From Takakia lepidozioides (Eukaryota; Plantae; Bryophyta), in the NCBI GenBank assembly GCA_030704615.1, contig CM060732.1, forward strand, positions 26,040,001 through 26,104,000: DNA of 64,000 nt. Reading direction: 5' to 3'. Below, piece by piece: positions 51,580 through 62,729 of the stretch (within the stretch, counting starts at the first letter, position 1; each line of letters begins with the position of its first letter). Made by a program: the position numbers and the translations under genes. The notes under the pieces are model-generated. The model saw only the letters and a list, made by a program, of their open reading frames with translations. It had not been told where the DNA came from and searched no databases.

Positions 51580-51960
51580 CCCCAATGAATGTCACAGGGA
51601 GCTGTGCACGACGACCATCCCCTGACTGCCATCCGGGCCTGTAGAATGCTGACTCCTCCCAAAAGTCCAAGGTGAAGCCCATGGGGTATAACACTGCCCC
51701 ACCAACGAGGACATCGTAAGAGACCACGTCTGTCATAATGGCCTTGGCTCGCATTACTGAGCCATCGATAGGATGATCCGGCTGCAGTCTAATGGCCAAC
51801 TGATGCCGTGTCATGCCCCGAGCCTGCTCTGATCCTCCCAGAGATGTCTGTATCTGGAAAGGACAAGGCTCCATATCCGCCTCCATGATGCCCAAACCTG
51901 CAATAGCAGCTCTGCCCAACATCAGTGGCTAAGCTCCCGAGTCCAACAAGACCCGCAGTG
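51580..51960 (-). pseudogene. Retrotransposon aspartic protease
   Basis: LRVLLDSGA*PLMLG (Asp at 51943-51941, TAG at 51931-51929)...YDVLVGGAVL. Confidence 0.85.
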
Positions 51961-52139
51961 GCCGGTACTTCTTGCCTACCGGTCCACTCAAAGAGAAAAT
52001 GCCATCCTGGTTGTCTAACAAGACAACTCCAGGTGTCACCATGGCGCGCTCAAAGGCTGGCCCAGCTGGCAGCTCCGTCAACCTGGCAGCTGCAGCTTGC
52101 CATGGCGCAGCCGTCCCTCTGCCACTACACCTTCCAGTA

Positions 52140-54130
52140 ACTCCGCAGAAGATGAAGTGACCTCCCCACTCTCACAGAGTGTTGCTGCTAGTCTGAACAC
52201 TGCAACTGGTCTTATCCCTGGTGTCGCAATCATGGTTGCCGAGAACAGTGGGGCTTGACACACAGAGGTGGCTGCCCCCAACAACACACCGGCTGCACTA
52301 GCCTTGTCAGCAGGTGTCAGTGCTGCACGTGTAGCTCTCCCCAATGGCATAGAAACCTCCGCCTCGGTAACAGTCGGGCGAGAACTAGGTGCCATGGATG
52401 GCGTTGACACTGTCTCCGCCAAGGTGAATGACTGAGGCAGCCTCGCCTGACGGCTTGCCTCCCCACGTTGTGGATCCAACTCCACCTCTGCACCTCGTGG
52501 CTCAGGAACTCGTGCTGCTCCTCGAGTCACGGCTGCAGCAGACTCCAACTGCTCTAGTGGTAGTGCTGCTCTGCACATGAATCCCATGCCTCCCATATCT
52601 CCTCCCTCAGGAACAGGAGGTGGACCATCTCGCCTGGGAGCCGGTACCGCCTGAGCTGTAGCCATGGCAGCGAGCCTCTGCTCTAGCTGCTGAAGCCAGT
52701 TGGCCATGCCTTGGTCAACACCCTGACCTCCGCGTCCTTGGCCATGTTGAGCTTGCCCTTGGCCTGCACCTCGTGCCCGACCACCTCGTCCTCTCTGGGT
52801 TGGTCCACCTCACCCCCGGCCACCATTGTTCCCTTGGAACTGACCTGGGCGCAACTCAGGATGCAAGTCATAACACTGGGCATCTCCATGCCCATACTTG
52901 CCACAATGCCCACACTGCAACTGTGCAGGCTGTGTTTGTGCCGGCCTTTTGCCACTCTCTGGGCAATCTCTCTTGACATGGGGTCCTCCACATGTCCAAC
53001 ATATCACCCCTGGTTGCTGTTGGTCTGCAAAAGATGCCACGGGCCACTGCACCTGAGGTCCCCTGTAAGCTCCATAGAACTTGGGTTGGGAAACCTTGCC
53101 CCCCTGACCACGCTGTTGGGCAATCCCTTGTGCCTGTGGGCTGGCAGTTGCGCCTCGTGCAGGCATGTCCTTGCCAAACCCAATGGTAACAACTCAGTCC
53201 TCCACCATGTTGAGCTCAATCCGCTCAGCCAGCAGAAACACATCTGCTAATGTGGGTTGGGCTGCTTGTAACAGGGTTGCATCTCGCACCCTTCTCCTGA
53301 GCTCCTTGTCCAAAATTCCATACCAGAACTAGATTGCCAGAGCTTCAGTAACCCCTTGGGTCACACTTATCAAGCGCCTCATACGAGTGTAGGCCTCTCG
53401 CAAGCTCTCACTGGGTTTGCACTGTAAGTCTTGCAAACTTCCCAGCTTCTTTGTCCGTACACCTTGGTATTTCCTCCGCAACTCCTGGAAGAACTCCACC
53501 ACCGGGTTGAATCTAGGCACATGTGTTGTAGTCGTGGCAGGAGGAGTAGTAGCACCTTTTGAACTGGTACCACCTGCAGAAGTACCGGCACTACTTGTTC
53601 CACTACTAGTGCTGGCAGTGGGAGATATTGGTACTGATGCAGCTACTGGTCGCGTCGTGCCTCGAGTAATGGAGACGTAGTCAGGTGACCAATACATCCT
53701 CTACTCCTCAATCTCTGCTTCATGTCCTTGCCTGAACTCGTGGTAATCGTCCATAGGCGGGCCTTCCAAATGCTGGAACAGTCCCTTCCACGCCATGAAT
53801 GGTGTGAATAGCTGTGGATTGTGCATCTGCTGCAAATCACACCAGTTGTCGAACTCCTGGATAAAGTCATCCAACTCGATTGTGCCCACAGCTCCAGAGT
53901 ACCTACGAGGCCCCTTGATAGCTCCATACATCTCCTCCATGTCGTCCCACAACAATGGCGAATGAAACTGCACACCTGTTGATTAAGCCTCCGAGTCTGT
54001 GTCTGACTCTGCACTAGTTGAGGGTGGAGGTGAAGGTGGTCTGAAACAAACACCTCGTCTGGTGAACCCACTCTCACTACTACTGCCTGTAGCCGTACTC
54101 CCCTCAGAACCCCTGGATAACTCCGTGGTG
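52140..54130 (-). pseudogene. Gag-like protein with two CCHC-type knuckles and an RG/Q-rich region
   Basis: One reading frame from 53973 to about 52140 with four stops; CWTCGGPHVKRDC and CGHCGKYGHGDAQC; PSESLREAYTRMRRL. Confidence 0.85.
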
Positions 54131-54892
54131 ACACTCACAATGTGCACCTCCCCCACGTGACACTATAAGGCTCTATTACTAATTCTAATAGTGACACGGG
54201 TAGGCACCTGTTGCAGTTTAAGGGTCATATCCCAGTGGCTCAGGGCACCTGCACCTGCATCCACCGCAAGAACTCCTATGGTTGGCTGGTCATCAACCCA
54301 GTCTCACCATAGAAGAAACACTGGTGGTCTTGCTGGTCATCACTCCAGCCTCACCACCGACAACATACTCTAGGATTGACCGGTGATCAAATCCGGCCTA
54401 ATCCCTATGAAAGCAAGCGCCCACACAAAACCAACATGGCGCACAGTCAAGCATGTAGGTGTTGGGGGGGATCCAAACACAAGAAATCAAAACATCAACA
54501 CCCCCACACCAAAATCCAGCTGCAATGCTGATCCTGCAGAATAGCCCAGCCCAAAACCCCGGACTGACTGGCCTCCACCAAGAGAGGCTTTGGCAACTAC
54601 GAGTACAAGGTAATGAAAATAGTACAGAGATGGAGGGGAAGAATAGAAGCCCGCCCAAGCAAGATCTAATCCTGATCTATGCTATCAACTGCCAGACTTC
54701 TCTCAAAGTGCCTCGCTCTGCATGATGGTAAGGTGTAGGAGGTATATCTATGTCCAGAAACCTGCCACTAACCTTGTCCCAAGCTACAGTAGCTCGCTCT
54801 AACCAACCCTCCTCCTCTTTCTGCCAGGTAGAGACAAAGCAATACTCCCCTATCTCCCGCTCACTGAACACTAAAGAAAACAAAGGTAGGGT

Positions 54893-55426
54893 CTAATAGT
54901 CTCTCAACTCGAAAGCTTTGAGACGGTTGCGGGTGTCCTCATTGCGAATGACTGCATCTCCTTCAAGCAAAACAAACTTATCATTGCTAATGAACCCCCG
55001 CTCGTGGTTGCCTTGTGCAGAGCGTATCCGGCTGCAACCAAGTCTGATTGCACAAACTTGTGCAGCTCCTGCTCCTCTGCTCCAGTACACCACGGCCTTG
55101 TGGCTGAACACCTTGGTCCCTGGGGCTGTCTTTGGTTGTGTTCCAAGCCTAGCTTTCACCCACTTTGGTATTTCACCTACAGCTGCAGAACTGCTGGCTC
55201 CAACAGAGTTCTGACTATCCAAAGCAACATTGAGGCCCTCAACGCCAACTACAGCAGTTTGTTGTCTACTGCTAATGCCTGGCTCCCAGTATGCAATCAA
55301 CTCATCCAACTGTTCTCCACTCAAATCAGTCTGAGTTCCTTGGGAAACATAAATCATGTCCCCTTGTGTGCACAGGCTAAGAGACGAGACCTGCCCTTCA
55401 ATTACCTCCTCATTTCCCCCAGCCAT
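54893..55426 (-). CDS. Unknown 177-aa ORF upstream of gag, same orientation
   Basis: Intact ATG-to-stop ORF about 0.9 kb 5' of gag; no recognised domain. Confidence 0.45.
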   Translation of the reverse strand: MAGGNEEVIEGQVSSLSLCTQGDMIYVSQGTQTDLSGEQLDELIAYWEPGISSRQQTAVVGVEGLNVALDSQNSVGASSSAAVGEIPKWVKARLGTQPKTAPGTKVFSHKAVVYWSRGAGAAQVCAIRLGCSRIRSAQGNHERGFISNDKFVLLEGDAVIRNEDTRNRLKAFELRDY

Positions 55427-55519
55427 ACAAGGAGAACATCCACAAATTTGTCTCTCATATAGACCAGAACAGGTTCTAGAAACAGAATTGTGGATCTTTC
55501 ATGGCACACTCACACTCTA

Positions 55520-55790
55520 AAAATTCCATATATTTTTAGCAGAGTCCCAAAAACAAAAACCAGGTCTAGATAGGTAGATATCCCCTTTGTGCAGCTATCC
55601 CCTCAAGAACTGAGTCAAACGGAGCTCATTTGACAAAGATATGACCAACCAAGCTCTTTAAACATAACACATTTTATTATTATTATTATTTTTATTTTTA
55701 TATAAGACAAAACAAATACAAGGAAAACTCTATTTTCAATACTTGTCTTGGTTCCCTGTTCCCTGGTTTCTTGTTCCCTGGTTCCCAGTG
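55520..55790 (-). repeat. Dispersed repeat, inverted copy of 676-885; candidate 5' leader or LTR piece of the Ty3 element
   Basis: Reverse-complement match with an AT-rich indel. Confidence 0.85.
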
Positions 55791-55799
55791 ACTGGCTCT

Positions 55800-56620
55800 C
55801 CTCCAGTCGAGATCCGTAGCTATGCTGAGCCTTAATCCTTTGCACCAATATTCCCAACAAAAGCAGGAACACTTACAATGCAACCCCGGAAAGCACCAGA
55901 TCAGGCAGATCGGAAATATCTGATCGGCTCAGCACTATAGTGCCATGGGCACATAAACCAGATTGTAGGAGCAGCCAGAGGAAATGCAGGTTATGCCAGC
56001 ATCATCCAGACCATCCCTGCATCTTGGATATGCATCCTCCAGCAAGGGCCGTTGCCTCCATTGCCCGACACTTGGTTACATGCTCAGCCAAACCTAATCA
56101 GGTCATTTCCGTGACAGATTTCAGCGACATTCAAATCACTAGGCTCGCTATGCACTACTGCCCTCAATCAAACATCCTGCAAAGCTGGCTGTCTTTCTCT
56201 GGCAGATCGCAAATAGAATTCTAAAGGTAGGGTGTTGGCTTCAATTCACCCGTGCACTGCTCTGCACATGCTGCTCGCTTGGGGTTTCAGAATCCCTGGA
56301 ACACTGCCTACTACAATGCAACATACCTTCAAAAAATCTGACCCAAGATTCACTGGCTGCTCGGACACTGGCATGACCAAACCTCTTTAACTCCAATCAG
56401 CTGCTACTGAATTACGATCCCAATGCCTAGTTGAGCTGCCAGTCTCGCATTCACTGTCCCCACCAAGGCAGCTGCATGAATACTATGAATACCATCACAG
56501 CTCCCATCTTCCACTCTAACCGGTTGGATGAGTACGGCCTTGAGGTCTGGTCAAGGCCACCAACTACACCTGGGTTGTCCCAGTTCTCTGTTGCCCAGTT
56601 CGGGTCACCTTGCTGATGCA
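55800..56620 (+). mobile_element. Decayed L1 ORF2 3' fragment (zf-RVT)
   Basis: HPAKLAVFLWQIANRILKVG..LCTCCSLGVSESLEHCLLQC at about 56173-56320. Confidence 0.75.
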
Positions 56621-58499
56621 CCAATTAAATGAATGTGGTATCTCGCACTAAGACTCCCAGGACCAGCACCTGTGCAGAAGTAAGTACCCTTGACGCCGAA
56701 ATGACAGTAGAGGCAAGTAATCAGTTGGAAGTGTTCAATGATGAGACAAGTAGAGCTGGAGCTCCCTTGACCTGTATCGCCACAATCCTGCACCAAGGCA
56801 GGAGGACTTGTGAAGACTTGGTCTTAAAGGAAGAACTTATCTTTCAACAATCAGAACCATTGGCGGGACGGAGGAGCAGTGTCAAATATATGGTGACAAA
56901 CTTGGACTCGGGCAGTGTGCTGAGTTGAAAGCTGGGTTGTGAACCACCATTCGACTTTCCATCAGTTTCCACCTCAAAATGGTGGAACCAAGGTGCAAGG
57001 TAGCAACAGCTACTTGGCTTTGTACAAACCTGAAGCACTTAAAAACGACTTTGCACCTTGCACTCCCCGAAATCAACAATGCCCCCAACAACCCTTTTTG
57101 TCAGGAAGCTGGTTGCTTATGCAGATAATCGACCAGGTGAAAGCAGCTTTCCCAGCCACAATCACAAGTAGCATGAAGATTTGTGAGACTCCTGGTTTTG
57201 CAGTGTTGATGATATGCCAGCAATGGGCTCCCCGTTCTCCATCGCTTTGCTGCTAGGCTTTCTCTCTCGGGGCCTTCACCTTCAACCAGCTCGCTGCGTC
57301 GTGCTCTACCTGCTGGCGCTGCATTTACTGGAGGGGGCGGATTTGCAGCTCCTCCTTCAACTGGCTCCACTACACCAGCTCCACCTGCTCTTCCGCTGCC
57401 TTTCCTGACCGCTTCTGGTCTGTGCACATCGAACTAAGGCGAGCAGCCCGGCCATCTCCAGGCACGGAAGTTCTATCCATCTGCTCGATCACAGGTACCC
57501 CTTTAAGTCTCGCACTTGGTCAGTTTCCCAACGGCCAATCACTGCTACTCCATGATGTCTCCTCACTGACCAAAACGAAGGCTGCTTCCATGCAGTGTAG
57601 CTCCGTCCTGCCCGGCGGCCTCATGCCAGAACCAACGCTGATCGAAACCTGCATATTTTGTTTTTTTTTTTTTTTTTAAAGCTTATTAAACTAAGCACTA
57701 CTCTCACACAGGTAATCATACAAGTGCTAACCCTCAACTCCTACCTTGCACTCACAGGTAAGAGATCATCTCTCTCGAGTGATAAAACAAGCTAAGAGAC
57801 ACACTGTTCACACCAGAAACAACATGAAATCCATCGCTATCACTCGTTAAAACAGAAGTCGAGCCAGGGGCACCCCAAGCTATGGGGACTCCACCCCACA
57901 TCAACCTATACTCCCATCATAAGCACACTCAGTCCTAAACGATGCAGGAGCTCGGTCGCGCAGGCTCAACTCGAGAGAGATGAGCTGCACGACTGCCGCT
58001 CTCGTGAAGATAAGGCGGTTCAGGTGTCAAACTAAACTTGACACCTGATTTAACACTTGACCTAAATCCAAGTGTTAAATACAAATAACTAGCTTTATTC
58101 TAGTTGTTTTCACACTGTGCTTATTTAACTTGACAGCTTCTTTCTCACCGACGGTGGTGGTGTCGATGTCCATGTCATGCACAATGGTCTCCGGGGCAGT
58201 CTCCTCGCCTTCCATTCTTCCCTCCATTTCAGGCTGGACCGGCTCTGTGATCTGTTGTGATTCGTGGGTTGACGTATCCTGTGCAACTTGCTCATCAGCA
58301 TTTTGCAGATTGCGCAACTTTCTCATTCTGACTCGCGCATTTTTCCTCTCTCTCACACTCGTGAAGTAAAGGGACTGCCTTCTACGTCTTCTTACTATGT
58401 CTTCTCTCTCACTCCTGCAGCTCTCCAGCTTGACTAACAAACAATCGAGAAAGTAAGGAACCCTCTAAAGCCGTCAGTTATGCATGTGGTTAAGGACGT

Positions 58500-59355
58500 G
58501 CGTGTCTACCCTATAACCCCCCAAATGGATCGATCTCACTGGCTGCGGCTTATTGGGCGCCCCTAATGCCATCAATAAGGCCGAGTTCTTCAAATGTGGA
58601 TGTTTTCTGATTTGGATGAAATATTGCGCACATGAGGCATGCCATCGCCCTATCATACACGGATTTTGCCTTCTTCAAAACGAAAACATACATAACGTCA
58701 GGAACGCAATGTCCGCGTTCATCGGCGTTGGATATTTCCCGGGTTCGGCACTCAATGCACTGTCCGGGTTCATGTTGTGGAACGCCGCAAAATGCAAATT
58801 GGATTGCAATATCCAAGACGGCGCCGTCTTTTCCCGGTGGTGTGACACTGACAAAATAAACAGTTTTGTTCCCTTCTCCATCAATTTGGCAACTGCCCAA
58901 TTGTTTTGGCTGTGTGGTTCAATACCCTCACAAGTTATTGGTTAATGTGTGGGGCCAGTTGTACAACTGCCTCTTGCCTTAGCAAACACTTTTGGGATTT
59001 GGCAATCGCCTCCGGAAGGTTTTTACCTGGCCATGTCGCACAGTTGTATTGGTACTCACCATCGTATGTTCACCACATGGCTTCTCCTAATGACGTGGCC
59101 TTCGCCGAGTTTCAGTATACTGAAGAGCCTTGCCCTTTCAGTGCCTCAGTTGAAGATAATGGTTTTGTTGTGGTGGAGGAGCATGTTCTGGCAGCAAGGT
59201 TCAAGCTTGACATTGGTTGTGTTACTGTCGAGAAAGAGATCTATGACTTGGAGGGAAACGTTCAAAGAACTTGTTCCAGAAACTGCATGTTGCAGAGAAA
59301 CACAAGGAATGGAGAGTTCTTCCTGGAAAATATCGTGTGTTCCGAAGCAAAATGA
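58500..59355 (+). pseudogene. Cys/His-rich coding region upstream of the transposase, probably part of the MULE
   Basis: Overlapping ORFs 58553-58945 and 58906-59355 joined by a frameshift, co-oriented with the transposase. Confidence 0.4.
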
Positions 59356-59599
59356 GACAATCCGGTGGCTCCATTGTCACTCCTGGGACAGCTGCCTCTG
59401 TCGTTCAAGGAAAGCGGAATGTGACTGTGAAGCAGGAGGACACCACTTCAACAACTTTTGTGACACTGTCGGATTCCTCGGATGATGAATTGGCAGAAAT
59501 ACTGGCTCCCATGAACAGTCTTCCTGAAGGGGACGTCGATGTTCAAGAAATCGTTAGCGTCATCCCACATCTGAAAGCATTGTCAGGAAAACCATGATC

Positions 59600-62270
59600 C
59601 AAAAACGAGATCGCAGGGATACTGTGGGATTCATTCACAACAAAAAGGGTTCCTTTCCTTCCACCTTCCTTCGACAGTGACATCCTCTTTGATCTGAATC
59701 CAACAACTTGTGTTGGGGGCCTCTCAGGTCTCTTGCAAGGAATGGATAAAAAGCATGATGGACATCCATGGTGCAGAACCAAAACGTCCAATATCCACAA
59801 CGATGTAAACTTGACATTCAGAAGGAGCGTTTGTGTGGGGCATCTGAGATGTGTGAATGCAAGTTGTCAGCGTTTCATGAAGAGCGGTGCTAAAAATGAG
59901 AGTGAGTGGGAAGGACTCTCCGACAATCCTTTTATCCCAGGTTGTGCCCCACCGTCTGCCAGTACATTTGTTTGTAAGTTCTGCAAGGTGGCCCCCTCCT
60001 GCATTGCACATTGTCCTGCTCGCATGTACTACGTTACTCACCGTTGCAAAACCATGACTCGAGCCTACATTCAATTTGGGACTCACGACCATCCTGTGTC
60101 TCACGGCGATTGCAGAGATAGTGTGGAGTTGGCGCGTGGGCTTGTCGTGGAGGAGTTTGCAAAGTCCCCTTCAGCCAAACCATCTGCCATAGCGCTGGCT
60201 GCCAGCAAAAATTTCCTAGAGAGGCACATTCTTGGGCAGGGAAGCGAATGCAGCTCAAGACTTGAGGGGGCTTCTTTGGATGCAGTGATGGATCACTTCT
60301 CCGTGTTGAGCTCCCCCAATATTAGGAATCAGGTGAATGCATTGAGAGTGCGCGGTGGAAACACAGGGTCCATCAACAGCATTATGGAGCTCAAGCGCAT
60401 AAGTCAATATGACTTTATCCAATCTAGCATCTTCCCGGGTCAGGGGTCTTCAAAGGTTTACTTGTTCAAGATGTCTACGGTGGGCGAGGCCAGACGTATG
60501 CAACAAGGGGTGGATTTGGAGAAAGCCTGGATGATGTTCGATCATTGCAAACGAGTGAAGGGCTGGACAACCATGTCTTGCCATGTTTACGACCCAAACT
60601 ACCAAAGAATAATGACAATTGCCATCTGTGACATGCAGTTTGAAGATACAGAGTCCCAGATGATAATGTGGAATTGTTTGCTTTCAGTCATGGAGTCCAA
60701 TGGACATACAAGCATAAATTTCAACGGGTTTATGGCGGATAGTGCACAGGCTAACTTCAACGCTGTGCGCCGAGTTTTTGGATCTGGTGATCCAAAGGTA
60801 CCCATGCCTAATAGGGAACGCACATGTCTATTCCACTGGACTCAGTCCCTGCAGAAACATACGAAGAGGTGCATCAGAAGAGATCTGCAGGCGGAGCATA
60901 TAAGGCTCTGCTTCATGTACAAGAATGCGACTACAATGGAAGAGGCTGAGACCATGTACCAGACAGTGAGAGCATGGTGGTTCTCGTCAGGGGCTACTGA
61001 TCAGGACGGTGTCAAAGAATTGGAAGACTGGTTGGTCTTTTCGCACTTCAGATACATACAATGGGGGCTTTCATGACTACTGTAAGCTGTCTTTCACCTC
61101 TGCAATCCCTTGTATGTGCCCAATTTCTTTCCTTGTTCCCAGAACAGTCCGCGCTTGCATGAATGACGCTCTTTCATTTTCCTTTCACAGGACATGTCCC
61201 TTGAAACATTGCGGACATGCCGTCCTGCAATCTGGCAGAAAGCGTTCTCGCCGCCTGGAAGCAGCAATCTGGCAAAGCAGGAAGAGATCTGTAAATTGCT
61301 ACAACAGATGATCTGGTACGAGCTCTAACCCAGCAAACAAGATATCGTGACTTCCTCAGGGGGCGATGTGGGGGCAAGGGACCAAATACAGCAGAGTTGA
61401 TGCTGAGGGCTGCAAGAAGGTCCGGGGATCCAACGAAGATGGCAAAGGCAGTGAACAAGTGCACAATGGGCTCGCCTCTCCAATCAAGGGAGCCCCATCA
61501 AGAAGGAGAGGAAAGGTTCGGGACTTGCAAACGCAAGCTAAATACACCTCCAGGATCAGATGGGGATTCACATCGCCATGACAGAGACAACTTCTCTGTA
61601 CCCAAGATTTTTCCACTACAAAGCATGGCGTCTAGTAGGAAAGAGGCTGCTGGTGGCTTCCTCTTCCACAGTGCAACCCCTGTAATTGCGGGTTTCTAGC
61701 AGGACCACAGGGGGGCAGTGCAGGAGTCACCTTGTGCTGACTCCGAATGGCACATCGAGCGAACTACTCCAGGGTCTAGAGTTGGCTGCACTGCAGTGAG
61801 GGCCATTAGTTATGAAAAGTGTAAGTCCAAGATAGCCAAAGGCTTGGCGGGTACTCCAGCTCCGACGTTCATAGGTTTGATTCGGCCATATATGTCAAAG
61901 GAGTCGAAGATGCACAAATTCTGGTTCTGCCCGGACGATATGGCTCGCTGTGTGAATGGTACCGTCCGCGACTCCTGCATTGCTAAGCCTCCCCCACCAA
62001 CCATTTGGCTAGTGCGAGTGGGAACCTCCCTAACAGCACTGGAGTTTGGCAAGTTGGAGGACGCTGGCTTTCGTCTGCACCGATTTGTGGCGTCGACTCT
62101 TGGTGGCCTTGCTGCTATGGTGCCTCCTCTAGACGATACTTCGCATCCCACGAGAAGGAATGGCAAAACAGTGCATTGGGTGGCTTTGGGGCCTGATCAC
62201 GATGCGAAGGTGGAATCGGCCAGACTACTTCAGGCTCGGGTAACAGGAACTATGGAAGTACCTTCATCAT
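59600..62270 (+). mobile_element. Mutator-superfamily transposase with GCM/WRKY-like zinc DNA-binding domain, disrupted and 3'-truncated
   Basis: DGHPW..CVGHLRCVNASC..CKFC..CPAR..GTHDHP; catalytic region MFDHCKR, FMADSAQAN, CLFHW and, after an intron at about 61082-61189, PSCNLAES. Confidence 0.85.
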
Positions 62271-62274
62271 CTGG

Positions 62275-62720
62275 TTTTTTTTTCACCTCTTCTTCTATAA
62301 CAGAAACCTGAAGAAGTTTGACAATGATAGAGCTCAACTTTTTTTTCACCTCTTCTTCACAAACAAAGCCTAAATAAGCTTGAAGATGGTCATCTGTCAA
62401 ATTTTCACCTCATCTACATTAATAAAAACCATTGCCTGTTTCACAATGAATGGTCATATTTTGGGGCCTGTTCTTGCCCATCCTCATTATTTTAATCCTC
62501 TCCTTCAATATTTCATCCATCCATCATTCATCCAGCATGGATGAAATACTGGAAACGTCAGATAGCTTGACAATGAGCATCCAAACTTTTCTTGCCTCTT
62601 GTTCATGCAAGAATCCCTAAGTAAGATTCATGATGACTCACCCAACCTTTTATTTCACCTCTTCTTCAATAAGAAAACCTTAGTAACTTTCACAATGACC
62701 ATTCCATGTTTTCTATACCT
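62275..62720. repeat. Degenerate ~60-bp tandem repeat (TTTCACCTCTTCTTC core)
   Basis: Cores at about 62281, 62344, 62403 and 62653, variant near 62590. Confidence 0.7.
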
Positions 62721-62729
62721 CTTTTTTTA

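Larger units (their letters stand above)
47075..54130 (-). mobile_element. Ty3/gypsy retrotransposon internal region, gag-PR-DNMT-RT-RNaseH-INT, decayed; LTRs not identified
   Basis: RT-RH-INT order; YIDD; PFGLKNAP; TDWS..YASR..EGECLA..TDHQPL; GHFG..CDR, SLDFAGP, TDQGREF, AERE. Confidence 0.95.

Noticed and set aside
52140-52150. Programmed gag-pol frameshift
   Set aside because: A frame change occurs near here but I see no clear slippery heptamer, and the copy has other decay frameshifts
676-55790. A single 55-kb element bounded by the inverted repeats
   Set aside because: No TSD seen, the interior contains ordinary host genes, and dispersed copies are more parsimonious
57655-58050. Poly(T) tract suggesting a - strand retroposon 3' end
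   Set aside because: Plausible, but no coding or family evidence to define it
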